Shown here: positions 50,515 through 64,000 of the stretch, piece by piece | Position numbering within the stretch: position 1 is the stretch's first letter | How the letters are laid out: every line of letters starts with the position of its first letter | DNA from: the human T2T-CHM13v2.0 reference genome, Homo sapiens | Length of the DNA stretch: 64,000 bases | Strand: one strand, 5' to 3' | NCBI RefSeq assembly: GCF_009914755.1 | Contig: NC_060932.1 | Notes under the pieces: generated by a model | What the model was told of the DNA's origin: nothing | Databases searched by the model: none | The model's input: only the letters and a program-made list of their open reading frames with translations | Position numbers and translations under genes: made by a program

Positions 50515-53065
50515 TATTTTTATTGATATACAATAGTTGTACCTACTTTGGGTGGATATATGTAATATTTTGATACCTGTATACAATGAGTAATGACCAG
50601 TTCAGAATAATTGGGATATCCATCACCTTATTTACATGTTCTTTGTGTTGGGAGCAAAACAAAACTTCTCTTCTAAGTATTTAGAAATACATAATAAATT
50701 ATTGTTAATCATAATTTTCCTACTGTACTATTGAATACTAGAAATTATTCCTTCTACTCTAACTGTATTTTTGTATCCCTTAACCAACTTCTCTACCCTC
50801 TACCCACTTCCCATCCCTGGCTCTGGTAGCCATTATTCTACTCTCTACCTCCATGAGATCCACTTTTTCAGCTCTCACAAATGAGTGAGAAAAAGCAATA
50901 TTTGTCTTTCTGTGCCTGGCTTATTTCTCTTAACATAATGACCTTCAGTTCCATCCATGTTGCTGCAAATGGCAGCGTTTCATTTATAAGGCTGAATAAT
51001 ATTCCACTGTGTATAGAGACAACATTTTTGCTATCCATTCATCTACTGATGGATGCTAAGGTTGATTCCATATCTTCGTTATTGTGAATAATGCTGCAAT
51101 AAACATGAGAGTTCAGATATGTCTTCCATATACTGATTTCCTTTTTTTGGATATATACCCAGGAGTAGGATATCTGGATCATATGGTAGTTCTATTTTTA
51201 GTTTATTGAGGAACCTCCATATTGTTTTCCATAATGGTGTACCAATTTACATTTTCACCCACAGTGTATGACCATTTCCTTTTTTCTCCACATCCCCACC
51301 AACACTTGTTATTTTTTGCCTTTCTGATAGCAGCCACTGTAACTAGGATGAGATGATATCTCACTGTGCTTTCAATTTGGATTTCCCTAATGATTAGTGA
51401 TGTTGAGAATGTTTTTCAAATACCTGTTGGCCATTTGTATCTTCTTTTGAAAAATGTCTATTCAGATCTTTTGCCCATTTTTAATTGAATTGTGTTTTGC
51501 TATTGAGTTGTTTGAGCTCCTTATATATTCTGGGTATTAATCCTTTGTTGGATGAATATTTTGCAAATACTTTCTCATATTTTGTAAGTTGTCTCTTCAC
51601 TTTGTTGATTGTTTTCTTTGCTGTGAAGAAGCTCTCTAGCTTGATGTAATCCTATGTGTCTATTTTTGATTTTGTTGCCTGGGCTTTTGAGATCTTACCC
51701 CCCCCCACAATTTTTGCCAGACCAATGTCCTGTAGTGTTTTCCCAATGTTTTTTTCCAGTCATTTCATAGTTTTATGTCTTACATTTAAGTCTTTAATCC
51801 ATTTTGAGTTGATTTTTGTATATGATGAAAGATAGAGAATCTACTTTCATTCTTCTGCATATAGAAACCAGTTTTCCCAGGACCATTTATTAAAGAGACA
51901 ATCGTTTCCCACATTGTAACTTCATAGTACTTTTATAAAAAATGAGTAGACTCTAAGTGTGTGGATTTAGTTCCGGGTTCTCTGTTCTATTCTATTGATC
52001 TATGTGTCTATTTTTATGCCAGTACCCAATTGTTTCGTTACTATAAATTTGTAGTATAATTTGAAATCAGATAGTGTGATTCTCTGGCTTTTTTCTTTTT
52101 GCTCAGAACTGCTTCAGCTATTGGGGATCTTCTGGGGTTCCATGTGAATTTTAGGATTGTTCTTTAGGATTTTTGTGGAGAATGTCATTGGTATTTTGAT
52201 AGAGATTGCATTAAATCAGTAGATCACTTTGGGTAGTAGAGAAATTTTAACAAGATTAATTTTATCATGAAGGAATGTTAAATTTTGTTGAATACTTTTT
52301 CAGCATCTACTGAAATAATCGTATGGTGTTTATTCTTGATTCTGCTGTTGTGATACATCATGTTTATTGATATGTGTATGTTGAACCATCCCTGCATCAC
52401 TGGCGTGATCCAACTTGATCATGATGCATTATCTTTTGAACGTGTTGCTGAATTTGGTTTGTAGTGTTTTGTTGAGATTTTTACATCTATGTTCATCAGC
52501 GATATTACCTTGTAGTATTCCTTTTTTTTATTGTGTTCTTGTCTAGTTTTGGTATCAGAGTAATGCCAGCCTTGTAAAATGAGTTTGGCAGTATTCCCTC
52601 CTCTTCAATGTTTTGAAATAGTTTTAGTAGAAATGGGATTAGTTCTTTAACTGTTTGGTAGAAGTCAGCAATGAATCTATCAGGTCCTGGACTTTTCTTT
52701 GATGGAAGATTTTTTATTCCTGCTTCAAACTCATGATTCATTTTTGGTCTGTTCAACTATTCTGTCTTGTCATGTTTAATCTTGATAGGTTTTATATGCC
52801 CAGGAATGTATTCTTTTCTTCTAGATTTTGCAATTTGTTGGTATATAGTTGTTCTTAGTAGTCGCTAATGATCTTTTGCATTTCTGTGGTATCAGTTGTA
52901 ATGTTTCTTTTTTGTTTCCCATTTTATTTGAGTTTTCTCCTTTTTTTCCTTGGGCAAGCAAAGGTTTGTTAATTCTACTTATCTTTTCAAAAAACAACTT
53001 TTTGTTTTGTTGATTTTTTTTGTATTTTTTTGTCACAATTAAAATTTATTTCTGCTCTATAAGTT
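50515..53065 (-). mobile_element. L1MA (L1MA4-6-like) 3' UTR and ORF2 3' part, with internal deletion near 52262
   Basis: 'ttattgatatacaatagttgtacc...aattgggatatccatcacc' and ORF2 fragments (52505..52756). Confidence 0.88.
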
Positions 53066-54267
53066 TTATGATTTTTATTGAATTTAAATATTGCAGCAGA
53101 GAGTACAACCTGATTACCACATTCATATTCTCCTTTTCTTCCTAGCACAGACTCTATTTCCTAGCCTCAATTACAATATGTCATTATTCATAGAATACAA
53201 TGTTACAGTCGTAAGTATTCTTCAAACTGGTGTCTGCAAGTTGTTCCTCATTCCTTCTAGTAAGGCATTACAAGATGAAGATGAAGTCAGACAAGAACTA
53301 GTCATGTCACAAGCAAAAATATAGAGAATAGAAAGTCCAGTAATTTGGGGCTAAAAATGTTGGAAAAGCCAACTTCTTCTGAGAACCAACAGGAGAAAAA
53401 TGAAAACAGGCTTTGAAGAACAAAGACCCATGAAAACTTATCAGCTTAAAAAAAAAGAAAAAAAAAAGAGAGAGAGAGACAAAGAGCAGATTAGGGGTTT
53501 TCACTGTCTCACCTGAGCCTATTATTTCAGATTACTTCAAAGCAGACACTATTGGGTAGAAAAAGAGAAGTCAAGGAGTTCTAAAGCACAGAAAGAAAGT
53601 GGACATGAGAATTAGGTCTAGGAAAGAAATTGCACTGTGTTTATTGGCACATGCAACTGAGTAGAAATGGTAAGAAGGTTACTAAAATGTGAGGGAACTA
53701 TATTTACTAAGAAACCAGAAACATAATCTAAAAAAGTCTTTGAATGAAAGCCAACTTTTGGGCCTCTACATTTAAACCAATATACAGCAGTACCCAAGGA
53801 AGGCAAACTCTATAGAGTTTATAACATCCACTTCACACATGACTAGAAAGGAATAACCATCCAGAGGGGAGAGCCATGAAGAATGGACAAAAAGACCATA
53901 AACTGAAACTTCTATTTCAGTATAGTGGATCTTCTCAGTGGTCTCGTGAGCAGAGGTTTTATCATCACAATGGACCAATGACTCCTGTGGCTGTTTTCCA
54001 TTCTTCCCTTTATAAATGGGAATGATTATTGCAGGTATAAAGCAGTTATCCACTGCTTAATCATTATTTCTTAGGGGTTTTGTGATGCTGGGGAGGAGTA
54101 GAAAAATGTCACAGGCAAATTGAGAGAGGACTGTGTGTTAGCTTGAGATCCTTGGCTTGGAGCTAGAAGCAATAAATGCTAGATGTTTAGGTTCTCTCTA
54201 TTGGGGAGACAGAAAAAAATAATGTGCATAGTTATTTCCGTGCCAGAAAGATAAATTATTAAAAAAA

Positions 54268-54675
54268 CTGTTGGCTACTCACTAAAATACATGTTCTCCT
54301 TTTTTTTTCCTCTGGGTACTCTTGACTAATTTCCCAGCCTCCTTTGATGTTAGTTGTGGACACATCACTTATTTTCAACCAACAGAATGTGAGTAAATTA
54401 ATGTTTCCTACTTCTAGAACTGACCTATAAAAACGTTCCTTGCATACTCATTTATCTGGATGAAATGGAGATGACCTCTAGGGTAACTCTGAACATGAGT
54501 GATGAAGATGATGACAGCCTGGATCATGAATGACTGCATGGAGGACAGCTATCCAACCAACTTGTTTTTCTGTTTCATATTGCTGTGATAAGAAAAAATA
54601 AATTTGCAGCATTTGCAGTACTATACATTTTTCGCATTTATTTGTTACAATAGTTGTCATCACTGAAACTAAAAC
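54268..54675 (+). mobile_element. Old MLT1-family LTR (possible MLT1 internal remnant at ~53300-54260)
   Basis: 'ttcccagcctcctttgatgttagttgtggacacat', 'ggatcatgaatgactgcatggag', 'tttgttacaatag...actaaaaca'. Confidence 0.7.
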
Positions 54676-57600
54676 AAACAAGTATAGATGTTTCCATATA
54701 AACTGATGCAATTATCAAACTGTAATTTTTCTAAAGAGCTTTATTAAGGTTCTAAAACACTAAATGCATTTGAAATCTGTCCAGACAAAATTGTATTGTT
54801 TATCTATATATATTGTCACACAGATAGTTAACAGTGATCCCACCCAATACAGTGAAAGCCATCTCCAACTTAATAATTTTTATCCATATGTGACAAAGTT
54901 ATAAGTTCAGCTAAAAACCTATTTTTCTAATCATAATAATCTTCATATTCATGGTATTATTGCAATATCTAGGAATATTCAAATTATGACAAAGTCAAAT
55001 AAGTTAAATTTTCATCTCTAATAAACCATGTAGTTATTACATCTAAGAAAACATTTTAAAATTCTAGCAATAAAATCAAGACAGCACCTAATTCTATAGT
55101 CTTACTTCTTATAATTCAAAACATTAAAAATAATTCTGTCAAGACAAGCACCATAAAAATTGTCAATAGATACATTATAATTTATTCATATAGCAATCCT
55201 ATTTGCATAGTATTTTGCATTTATTAATTGTAAATAGGAATCAAGTTATTTTAATCTTAATTGTGTGTGGCTAGGGAAGATACCACTCCATTTTAGGAGA
55301 GAAGTTGGATTAAATGAATAAACACTCAAGATATTATTCCCTTTTCAATTTAGTTTTGTTTTTTGCCTTTACAGACTATGCTTAATTTTTTCTTAAAGCA
55401 AATCACTGAGGCTATCTGCCAAAATGGTTACTCATTATGCTTCCCCCAATTCCTTTCTAGTCATTTAAGCCAACATCCCAGCAGAGATAACACTTCAGAA
55501 GTCAATACTTTATTCATTCACTACCTACAGAAAATAAAAAAGTAAGAGGTTTATCAAAAATATATTTTTACCAAAGTAGCTGAATTTTACTTATATGTTA
55601 ATATACTTTACATTAAAAATTATGCCACGGAAAAATCTAAAGAATCTAAATTTTCAGAGGGGCCTATGCTTTATGAACAGACATTTTATAGGTATAATAA
55701 TCACTGAATATAAAAGCTATAAAAGAATTTCAACCAAGATACATTAGAGAAAAACTGGTTTAAAATTTTTGTTCTAGTTATTTTTAGTGGTTTGGTATTA
55801 TTTAATCAAAATTTCAAAATTTAAACTTTCTCATTGTCTTTGAAATTATTATATTCTATACAGTAAGTAAAATAACGTTTTACCAAATGATAAAACAAAA
55901 AATGCTTATAGAACACATTCTTACATAAATTACTTACATTTTATTAGCTGCAAGAAACACACAAAAAAATAGAAAGCATTTTGCCTTACTAATAAACACA
56001 TTGAGGCTATTTTAAATGACCTAAAGAGATACCTATTCATCTGTATGATGCAAACTGTCAATGACTCAGACATGTAGAACCTTTAAAATGTTCTGACTTT
56101 TCTTTGTTCTTCAAAGCCTTGCAGTAATCATCATTCATTTCTATTGCTTTGATGGTTAGATAGCAAACTCCCAAGAAATCCAGGGAGACATTAGCACATA
56201 CAGCCGCAATTTCTAATAAGACAGCTACTTGCATACAAGATCAGCCACAATTTAAAATGTGTTGTGATAGATGCGGAAAGGGAATAACAGACTTATATTA
56301 GCATGTACAATACCAAGATTGTTTTCACAATTTAATTCCTTGGAGATTATGTCTCATCACCTTCTTTTGTAAAGAACACTGCATTCCCTGAGGAACTAAC
56401 TTGCTCTGAGACCTAGCTAAACTGAAATATGGATTAATAAGATAATATTTATTATTTATGAATTTTGCTGTAGGAATGATTTCAGATTAAATCATCACAG
56501 AAGTTTCCAACATTCTTGAAACTTGATAACACATATTTAAAGAAGAAAAATGCTGATTTTATTTAATACTTAAATTGGATATTAAAATAATTCAGTTAAT
56601 TTTTATCTAATTAAACTTTACACTCATTAGGACTTTTAAGATTAAACATAGCATTCTTGTTTTTAGTATGCTTTCTTAACCTGAATTTTCCAGAGCAATT
56701 TTGCGAACTGTATTTTAAAGCATAATATGTGACCTTTAAAAACAAAAGTAGTATTATATTCAATCACCTTCCGACCAAGTTATTTTATTGCTCATTTATA
56801 CCTTTTTTATGAAATCCAGAAAGAACAAGTAAAGAAATAAGAAATCTGAAGCCTTCACATATGTCTCTGCTTCCAGAAAAAGCACTAAATCCAGACTGTG
56901 ACATTTAAATACATATCAAAACACAGGTTATTAAAAAAAGTTCAACCCATGTCCACAGAAAAAATAATTATCTTAGTTTTTAAGGCTAAAAGAAATACAC
57001 TTACTAAGAAAACTCTTCGCTAAACGTGAAGCTATAGTTAGGCAGAAAAGGTATTTGGTTATGGCTGCATCAAAGTTGAGAACCAATCATGAAAATACAA
57101 CCTCATGCTAGATGCTGAGGATATAATAAACACAGAAGATATTTGTCCCTGATCTTATCACACATTAACCATTTCCAGAGTATTACAAATTTAAAGTTGT
57201 TCATTCACTTAACATATTTAAGTCATTGAAATGATGACACATTTCCTAGATAAAGCAAAAATCCTTAATATTAAGAACTATTAATGATCTGAATTTGTCA
57301 TGTGTTCCTTTCTCATGTTCCAGTGCACTAGGAAATTCAGCTTTTACTTCCTTGACTTTGACAAGCTCATTCGTGTTTCCAGGAATTTACTATGTTCTGC
57401 AATTTGCTTTAAATGTCTTTTCAATACATCCCCACTTGTGAAACCTATATATTGTAATATTGCACACAAGAGTCATCTCTGAGTAATCATTCAGATCTTG
57501 CCTAACAGGCATCATTCATGATTCAGATATTCAGAGATAGTTCTCCACACTTAAGGAAATGAAAAAAAAAGTCTTTTGAAAGACTATCAAGTGTGAAGTG

Positions 57601-58049
57601 GACAAGGTATACACAATTATAATATTAAAATGCAGTATTATAAGTAATATTAATTATTTCAATATTATAAGTCATATTAATTATTTCAATTAATTATATG
57701 TATTACTCATATTAATAGTATTATCATATTGTCATTGAGACAAGTTATTACACTGAGGAACAAATTCGTACTGTATAAAACTGGAGAGCTAAACAGTTGT
57801 TATTCTAAAGTTTTCAGAGATCGAAGTGCCCAGTTCACCTATACTTTGACAAACTAATGTCCTTTATAGCCTCAGAAAAAGTATCTAAAAACTGAAATAT
57901 GCAAAAAGATGATTTCTAAAATCCTGATCACTTGCCAACATTGATATGAAAATTTATACAAAAAGTAAGTATAGGACACTTATCTGTGTAAACCTAAAAA
58001 GTCATGTTCCAGAAAAGAAATCTTAGTCGTTGGGACTCACCTTCCAGCC

Positions 58050-59165
<1,116 letters not shown>

Positions 59166-59698
59166 TCTCTGTACTTAAATGGTCATTCATCAGTGTTATT
59201 TGTTCTTGTAGCATCACTTGACAATGGTGACCTCTACTCCCTTGAAAATACTTGAAAAAAATATTTCCTATGGGCTAAAGAATAAGTGAGAGGTAAGAAA
59301 GCAGAAATGAAAATTACAGACCAATCCATTATAAAATAAATACAAGGAAGGAGACAGATAGCATAGTAAGTAGAAAGGAACTGAGGTTGAGGAAGAGATT
59401 TTTTTTGTTATACTTTGTTTTTACTCTTTAGGGCTTGTTTCTGATTAAAGATGAAAATTTGAGTTGGTCTAAATAATAATTGGGAGGAACAACCAGAAAG
59501 TGAGAGGGTGAAAATACAGAAAAAAAAAGTATGAAAGCATAGAATCCAGTATTCATTTCAAGTAATAATCATAGCACACTACGTCCATGAGTCACTTTAA
59601 CAAGAAAAAGAGAAAATAACAGGCAAAATTATACATAAGACTTGAGGTCTGGTAACCAAAAGTAGAGGGATATCTATGCAGTAGCTCTGTTTTCACTA

Positions 59699-60007
<309 letters not shown>

Positions 60008-61350
60008 TTATGGGCAACACCAAGAGACCAAAAAAAATTGTAACCTATTACAAAAAAAATGAATCTATTATAGCACTGGACTATCTGATTGCAAATAATA
60101 TTTTTCTTTCTGAGTGCTTAGCTACCTAGTGCTGACATAGGGAAGGGTAGTCTACTAGAGTAAGTAAAATTTAAGTTTTCCCAGATAGGCATGACAGAAA
60201 ACTTTAGGATACTATAAAAAGTGGGTGACTTGATGTTCTACGGTATCTAAAGGTAGAAAAGGAAGTGAAGACAGTAGTGGTTTAGAGTTAAGCAGAAAGT
60301 GGAACAATCTTTGGACTTAATAAAGTTAAATAACCAAATTTGAAAGTAAAAAAAAAACAAATAACAAAATTTGGGAGTAAAAAAATAACCAAAAACCAAA
60401 TACTAGGAGTGAAAGTTATTTTACTAGAGAAGAAAGGTTATTAAAGGTCACTAGTCAGTGTGAGTGTAAGGCGATTAATATTATTATTGAGATGGAGTAA
60501 GTTTTGGTCCAGAAGGACTGAAGTGGTAGGAAAACATTATGGCAGATATGTTAAGGAACTGAAAGACCAGGATAATGCATATGTCATACATGTGAATCAT
60601 GAGGGTACCCAGGATAGTAGCAGGATTTGGGTGAGGACACAAAGAAAGACTCAGTTAGAAAGACTGAGAAGGGACCTGGATGTCCATAGATAAACAGCAA
60701 AAGAGAGAGGTAGAGGACACTACAGTCAAATGGAATGAATCACTAAGGAGCTGGGCTTCTTGTTTGATTTGTCTTGTTTGCTTTTATGTGCAGGAAATGT
60801 AAATGTTCTGGAAGTGGCAATAAAAAAATAAAATGATAAAAATCAACCTCTTGATTCACAGGTATGTGAACAATGGAAGAATAGTTTCCATTTAAGATGG
60901 CTTCAGGAAAGTGGTGCTTGTAAGAAGAATCAAGTTCCAATTAATGTCAAGAGGTAAAATTAATAAAGCGTTTGGGATTAACTGGGTTCAAGGGGGATAT
61001 AAAAAGATAGAGAGGGAAGGAAATAGCAGGAGACTAGTCCATGAAAAACCAAAGATAATACAGAATAATATGGGCATAAGTGTTTAGTGGAGGACCTATA
61101 ACCAAATGGGTCAGGTAGGGCAGTGAGAAAAGTTAACAGGAATGTGTAGTATCTTGAACTACCTTTATCTCAAAACTGCAATGAGTACTCAGGCCTCTCC
61201 AGGAGTCAGCTGTAGCCTTGGTAAATGGAGGAGTCCCCATCCCTCCAGGAAAGGTCAGCTGGCTAGAATTCAGCACCACAGAAGAAAGCCTCAGATCTCA
61301 AGAGTCTAGTTAGTACCACCTATTCATTGGGAGCAACTGGAGGGTCCAGA

Positions 61351-61606
61351 TCAGTATTTGTCAAAGTATGGTCCATAATCACCATTAGAGTTGTCTGGGA
61401 TACTCATGAAAATGCATATTCCTGGGCCCCATCACAGTCCTACTCAATCAGAATCTTAGGGGCTAAAGTATATGGATCTCCAGTTTTGTTTTGTTTTTAA
61501 ATTTCCCATGTGATTACTGCCAACATTAAAGTTTGAGAACCATTGATTATCTTTTTAACAAGGTCACAGGCAATTCTTTTGCATATTAGCATTTGAGAAA
61601 CACAGC
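61351..61606. mobile_element. MER5A-like hAT element (61351-61545) plus a second partial MER5 end; another MER5 fragment at ~62040-62175
   Basis: 'aaaatgcatattcctgggccccatcacagtcctactcaatcagaatct...aaagtttgagaaccattg'. Confidence 0.75.
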
Positions 61607-62933
61607 TGGAAGTAGATGGGAGGCCTGAGCAGGGACTGTGAAGCCCTTCAGCCTCTCTGGTGGACCAGCAAGGCCTGGTTGGGGTGGCATGATCAAATTG
61701 TGGACGTTTCTAATGATCCCCTGAAACTTTAGACTTTTTCTGAATTCAGTAGGAAAACATAAAAGGATTTAGTGCAGTGAGGTAACCAAATCAGATACTT
61801 TTTAATAAGATTAGAAAGACTAGGAGGTTTGAAGTTAACTAAGTAGGCTAGAAAAATGCAGCTAAGTTCCAAAAGTAATCTACCAAGTGATAAATCAATG
61901 CAACAAGTAGAAAGGAAGTTCTATTTGGTGTTTTACTTTTTAGAATATAGGAACAGCTTGGATGGGGGCAATGAGGCAGAGGAAAAACTGAAGATGACAA
62001 TGTTTTTCAATTTTAGTGATAGTTAGCTAAAATACAAAGTCCAGGCCTCACCCTTCAAAAATACCCAGTCAATAATGTTGGGGAGTGGCTAAGGAAGCAG
62101 CATTTTGAATAAGCACTTACTCCCTGCCAGTTTTCAAATTCAGGTGGCTAGTGGACCATACTTGGCAAATATTGCGTTAGACAGATGGTAATGTCATTAA
62201 CAAAAACAGGTAATCTAGAAGTAGGTATGGGGTGGCTGACGAGGGTGGAGGAGCATTAGAAATCTACATTACAAAATGTTTAAAACAAGAAATAAGAAAA
62301 CAAAGCACTTGTTTTTCCCAAAACCTAATAGAATTAATTAATCTAAACATAATTATGTCACAAATAACCCAGCCCCCACCAAAAAATACCCACAAATATT
62401 TTACTTACTTTTATTTTAATGCTTTTTTAATGCACAGATTGTTGTGGCATCTGGACACATGACACACTTGAAAACAACACATTAAATTTATACTGCCTGG
62501 AATAGACAAAAAGCTGCCTTGTAAGCATCATCAACAATGCTCATCATTGGGGGAGGGGTGTGCTGCATTAGCTGGGTCCCATGGAATTATATTTTTAAAT
62601 TCTAAACTTTTCACAAATATAAAAGGGATAGGCATTTCAAATCTGAAAGGCCACATGAGGGAGATAACTTCTATTAAATAGCAATTTTTTCAAGTACGAA
62701 AATGATTGTTATGATTCACCAGGGTTTGACTTCAACAGTATGGGAAATGTACTTGAGTTAATCTTCTGGATTATATTTGTAAAAGAAGATAGGTTAGTTA
62801 AGCTAGGATTGGTCTATAATGTAACTCTTAGTAGTCAAACTAAAAAGTAATTAATCGCATAAATTACACTATCCTTTAAATAAAGATTTTTTTATGAAAA
62901 CTGCTCTTTCTAAAAGTTTTAAAAACTTTCTAA

Positions 62934-63000
62934 AAGTTGTGCACATGTACCCTAGAACTTACAGTATAATAAAAAATAAAAATAAATAAATAAATAAATT
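62934..63000 (+). mobile_element. Extremely truncated L1PA 3' terminus
   Basis: 'gttgtgcacatgtaccctagaacttacagtataat' followed by an (A/TAAA)n tail. Confidence 0.85.
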
Positions 63001-63017
63001 TTAAAAAGATTACAATA

Positions 63018-63400
<383 letters not shown>

Positions 63401-64000
63401 CTAATACAAGAAGAAACACATATCCAAACATGTAAAAAGAACAAACATCTACAATTATGATGTAAAGCCAGTAAGGGAGGCAGCTTGTACCACTGCACGC
63501 TAAGAGCTTAATCAAACAAAAGGAATGAGAAGAAGCAAGGGTACCATTAGCTTCAGGGATTCTGAGGTTCACAAAGGGCAGTTTCATATCCACTTGACTA
63601 TTACCCGACAAACCTTCAGACTGCTTTTCCTGATGAGACAAAGAGTAATTGAAAACGGGGTTATGATCTAAAGATCACAAACTTTGAGTTTTCAATGCTT
63701 ACAATCCCTCTAAATTGGATTATTTTAAGAAAATTAAATAAAACTCAAGATTGTTTGAATTATCACAGGAATAAAAAAACTTTATTTCATCCAGCTGGTA
63801 CCAAAAACTGGGCTAAAAAATGAAGGAAAACAATAAGCTCTAGAGGTAAACATCTCAGATGGTATATACTTTTATCTCTGTAATTCCTGACTAAATGGAT
63901 GTAATTTCTTTTATCATAATTCCTCTATATGAATGGCCTTTTCTTGGCTCTAATGGAATATTAGTGAATTCTTATGACTCAGAATTTTCAATAAATTTTT

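Noticed and set aside
57636-57689. 27-bp AT-rich tandem duplication (similar small ones near 7160, 25530 and 60330)
   Set aside because: Ordinary slippage products.

Overview
AT-rich, repeat-dense primate genomic DNA (AluY/S, THE1/MST LTRs, L1PA/L1M, L2), most likely human chr8q22. The only protein-coding gene I can support is TRIQK (C8orf83) on the minus strand. Its complete 86-aa CDS can be assembled from three exons: 49911-49851, 24993-24908 and 19654-19541, all with GT-AG introns, 261 nt including the stop. A ~3 kb 3' UTR follows. The promoter and upstream 5' UTR exons lie beyond the right edge, and there is no CpG island here. The rest is intron and intergenic DNA: nested LINEs, several Alus with target-site duplications (TSDs), a two-LTR MSTC-type MaLR provirus, a fossil ERV-L pol/dUTPase, hAT MER elements and local tandem duplications. 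The best leads are: (1) a THE1/MST solo LTR downstream of TRIQK with unusually many surviving CpGs and a perfect TCTCGCGAGA (BANP/CGCG) element beside its TATA box; (2) a set of sense-strand acceptor-plus-donor motifs in TRIQK (a candidate 10-nt microexon that would create a uORF depending on NAGNAG choice, an AG|GT|GTAAGT site opening an in-frame 63-nt cassette, and an RS-exon-like coding exon). All are sequence-only hypotheses. Repeat subfamily names come from recalled consensus sequences and repeat boundaries are approximate. I found nothing that demonstrably constitutes a new biological system.
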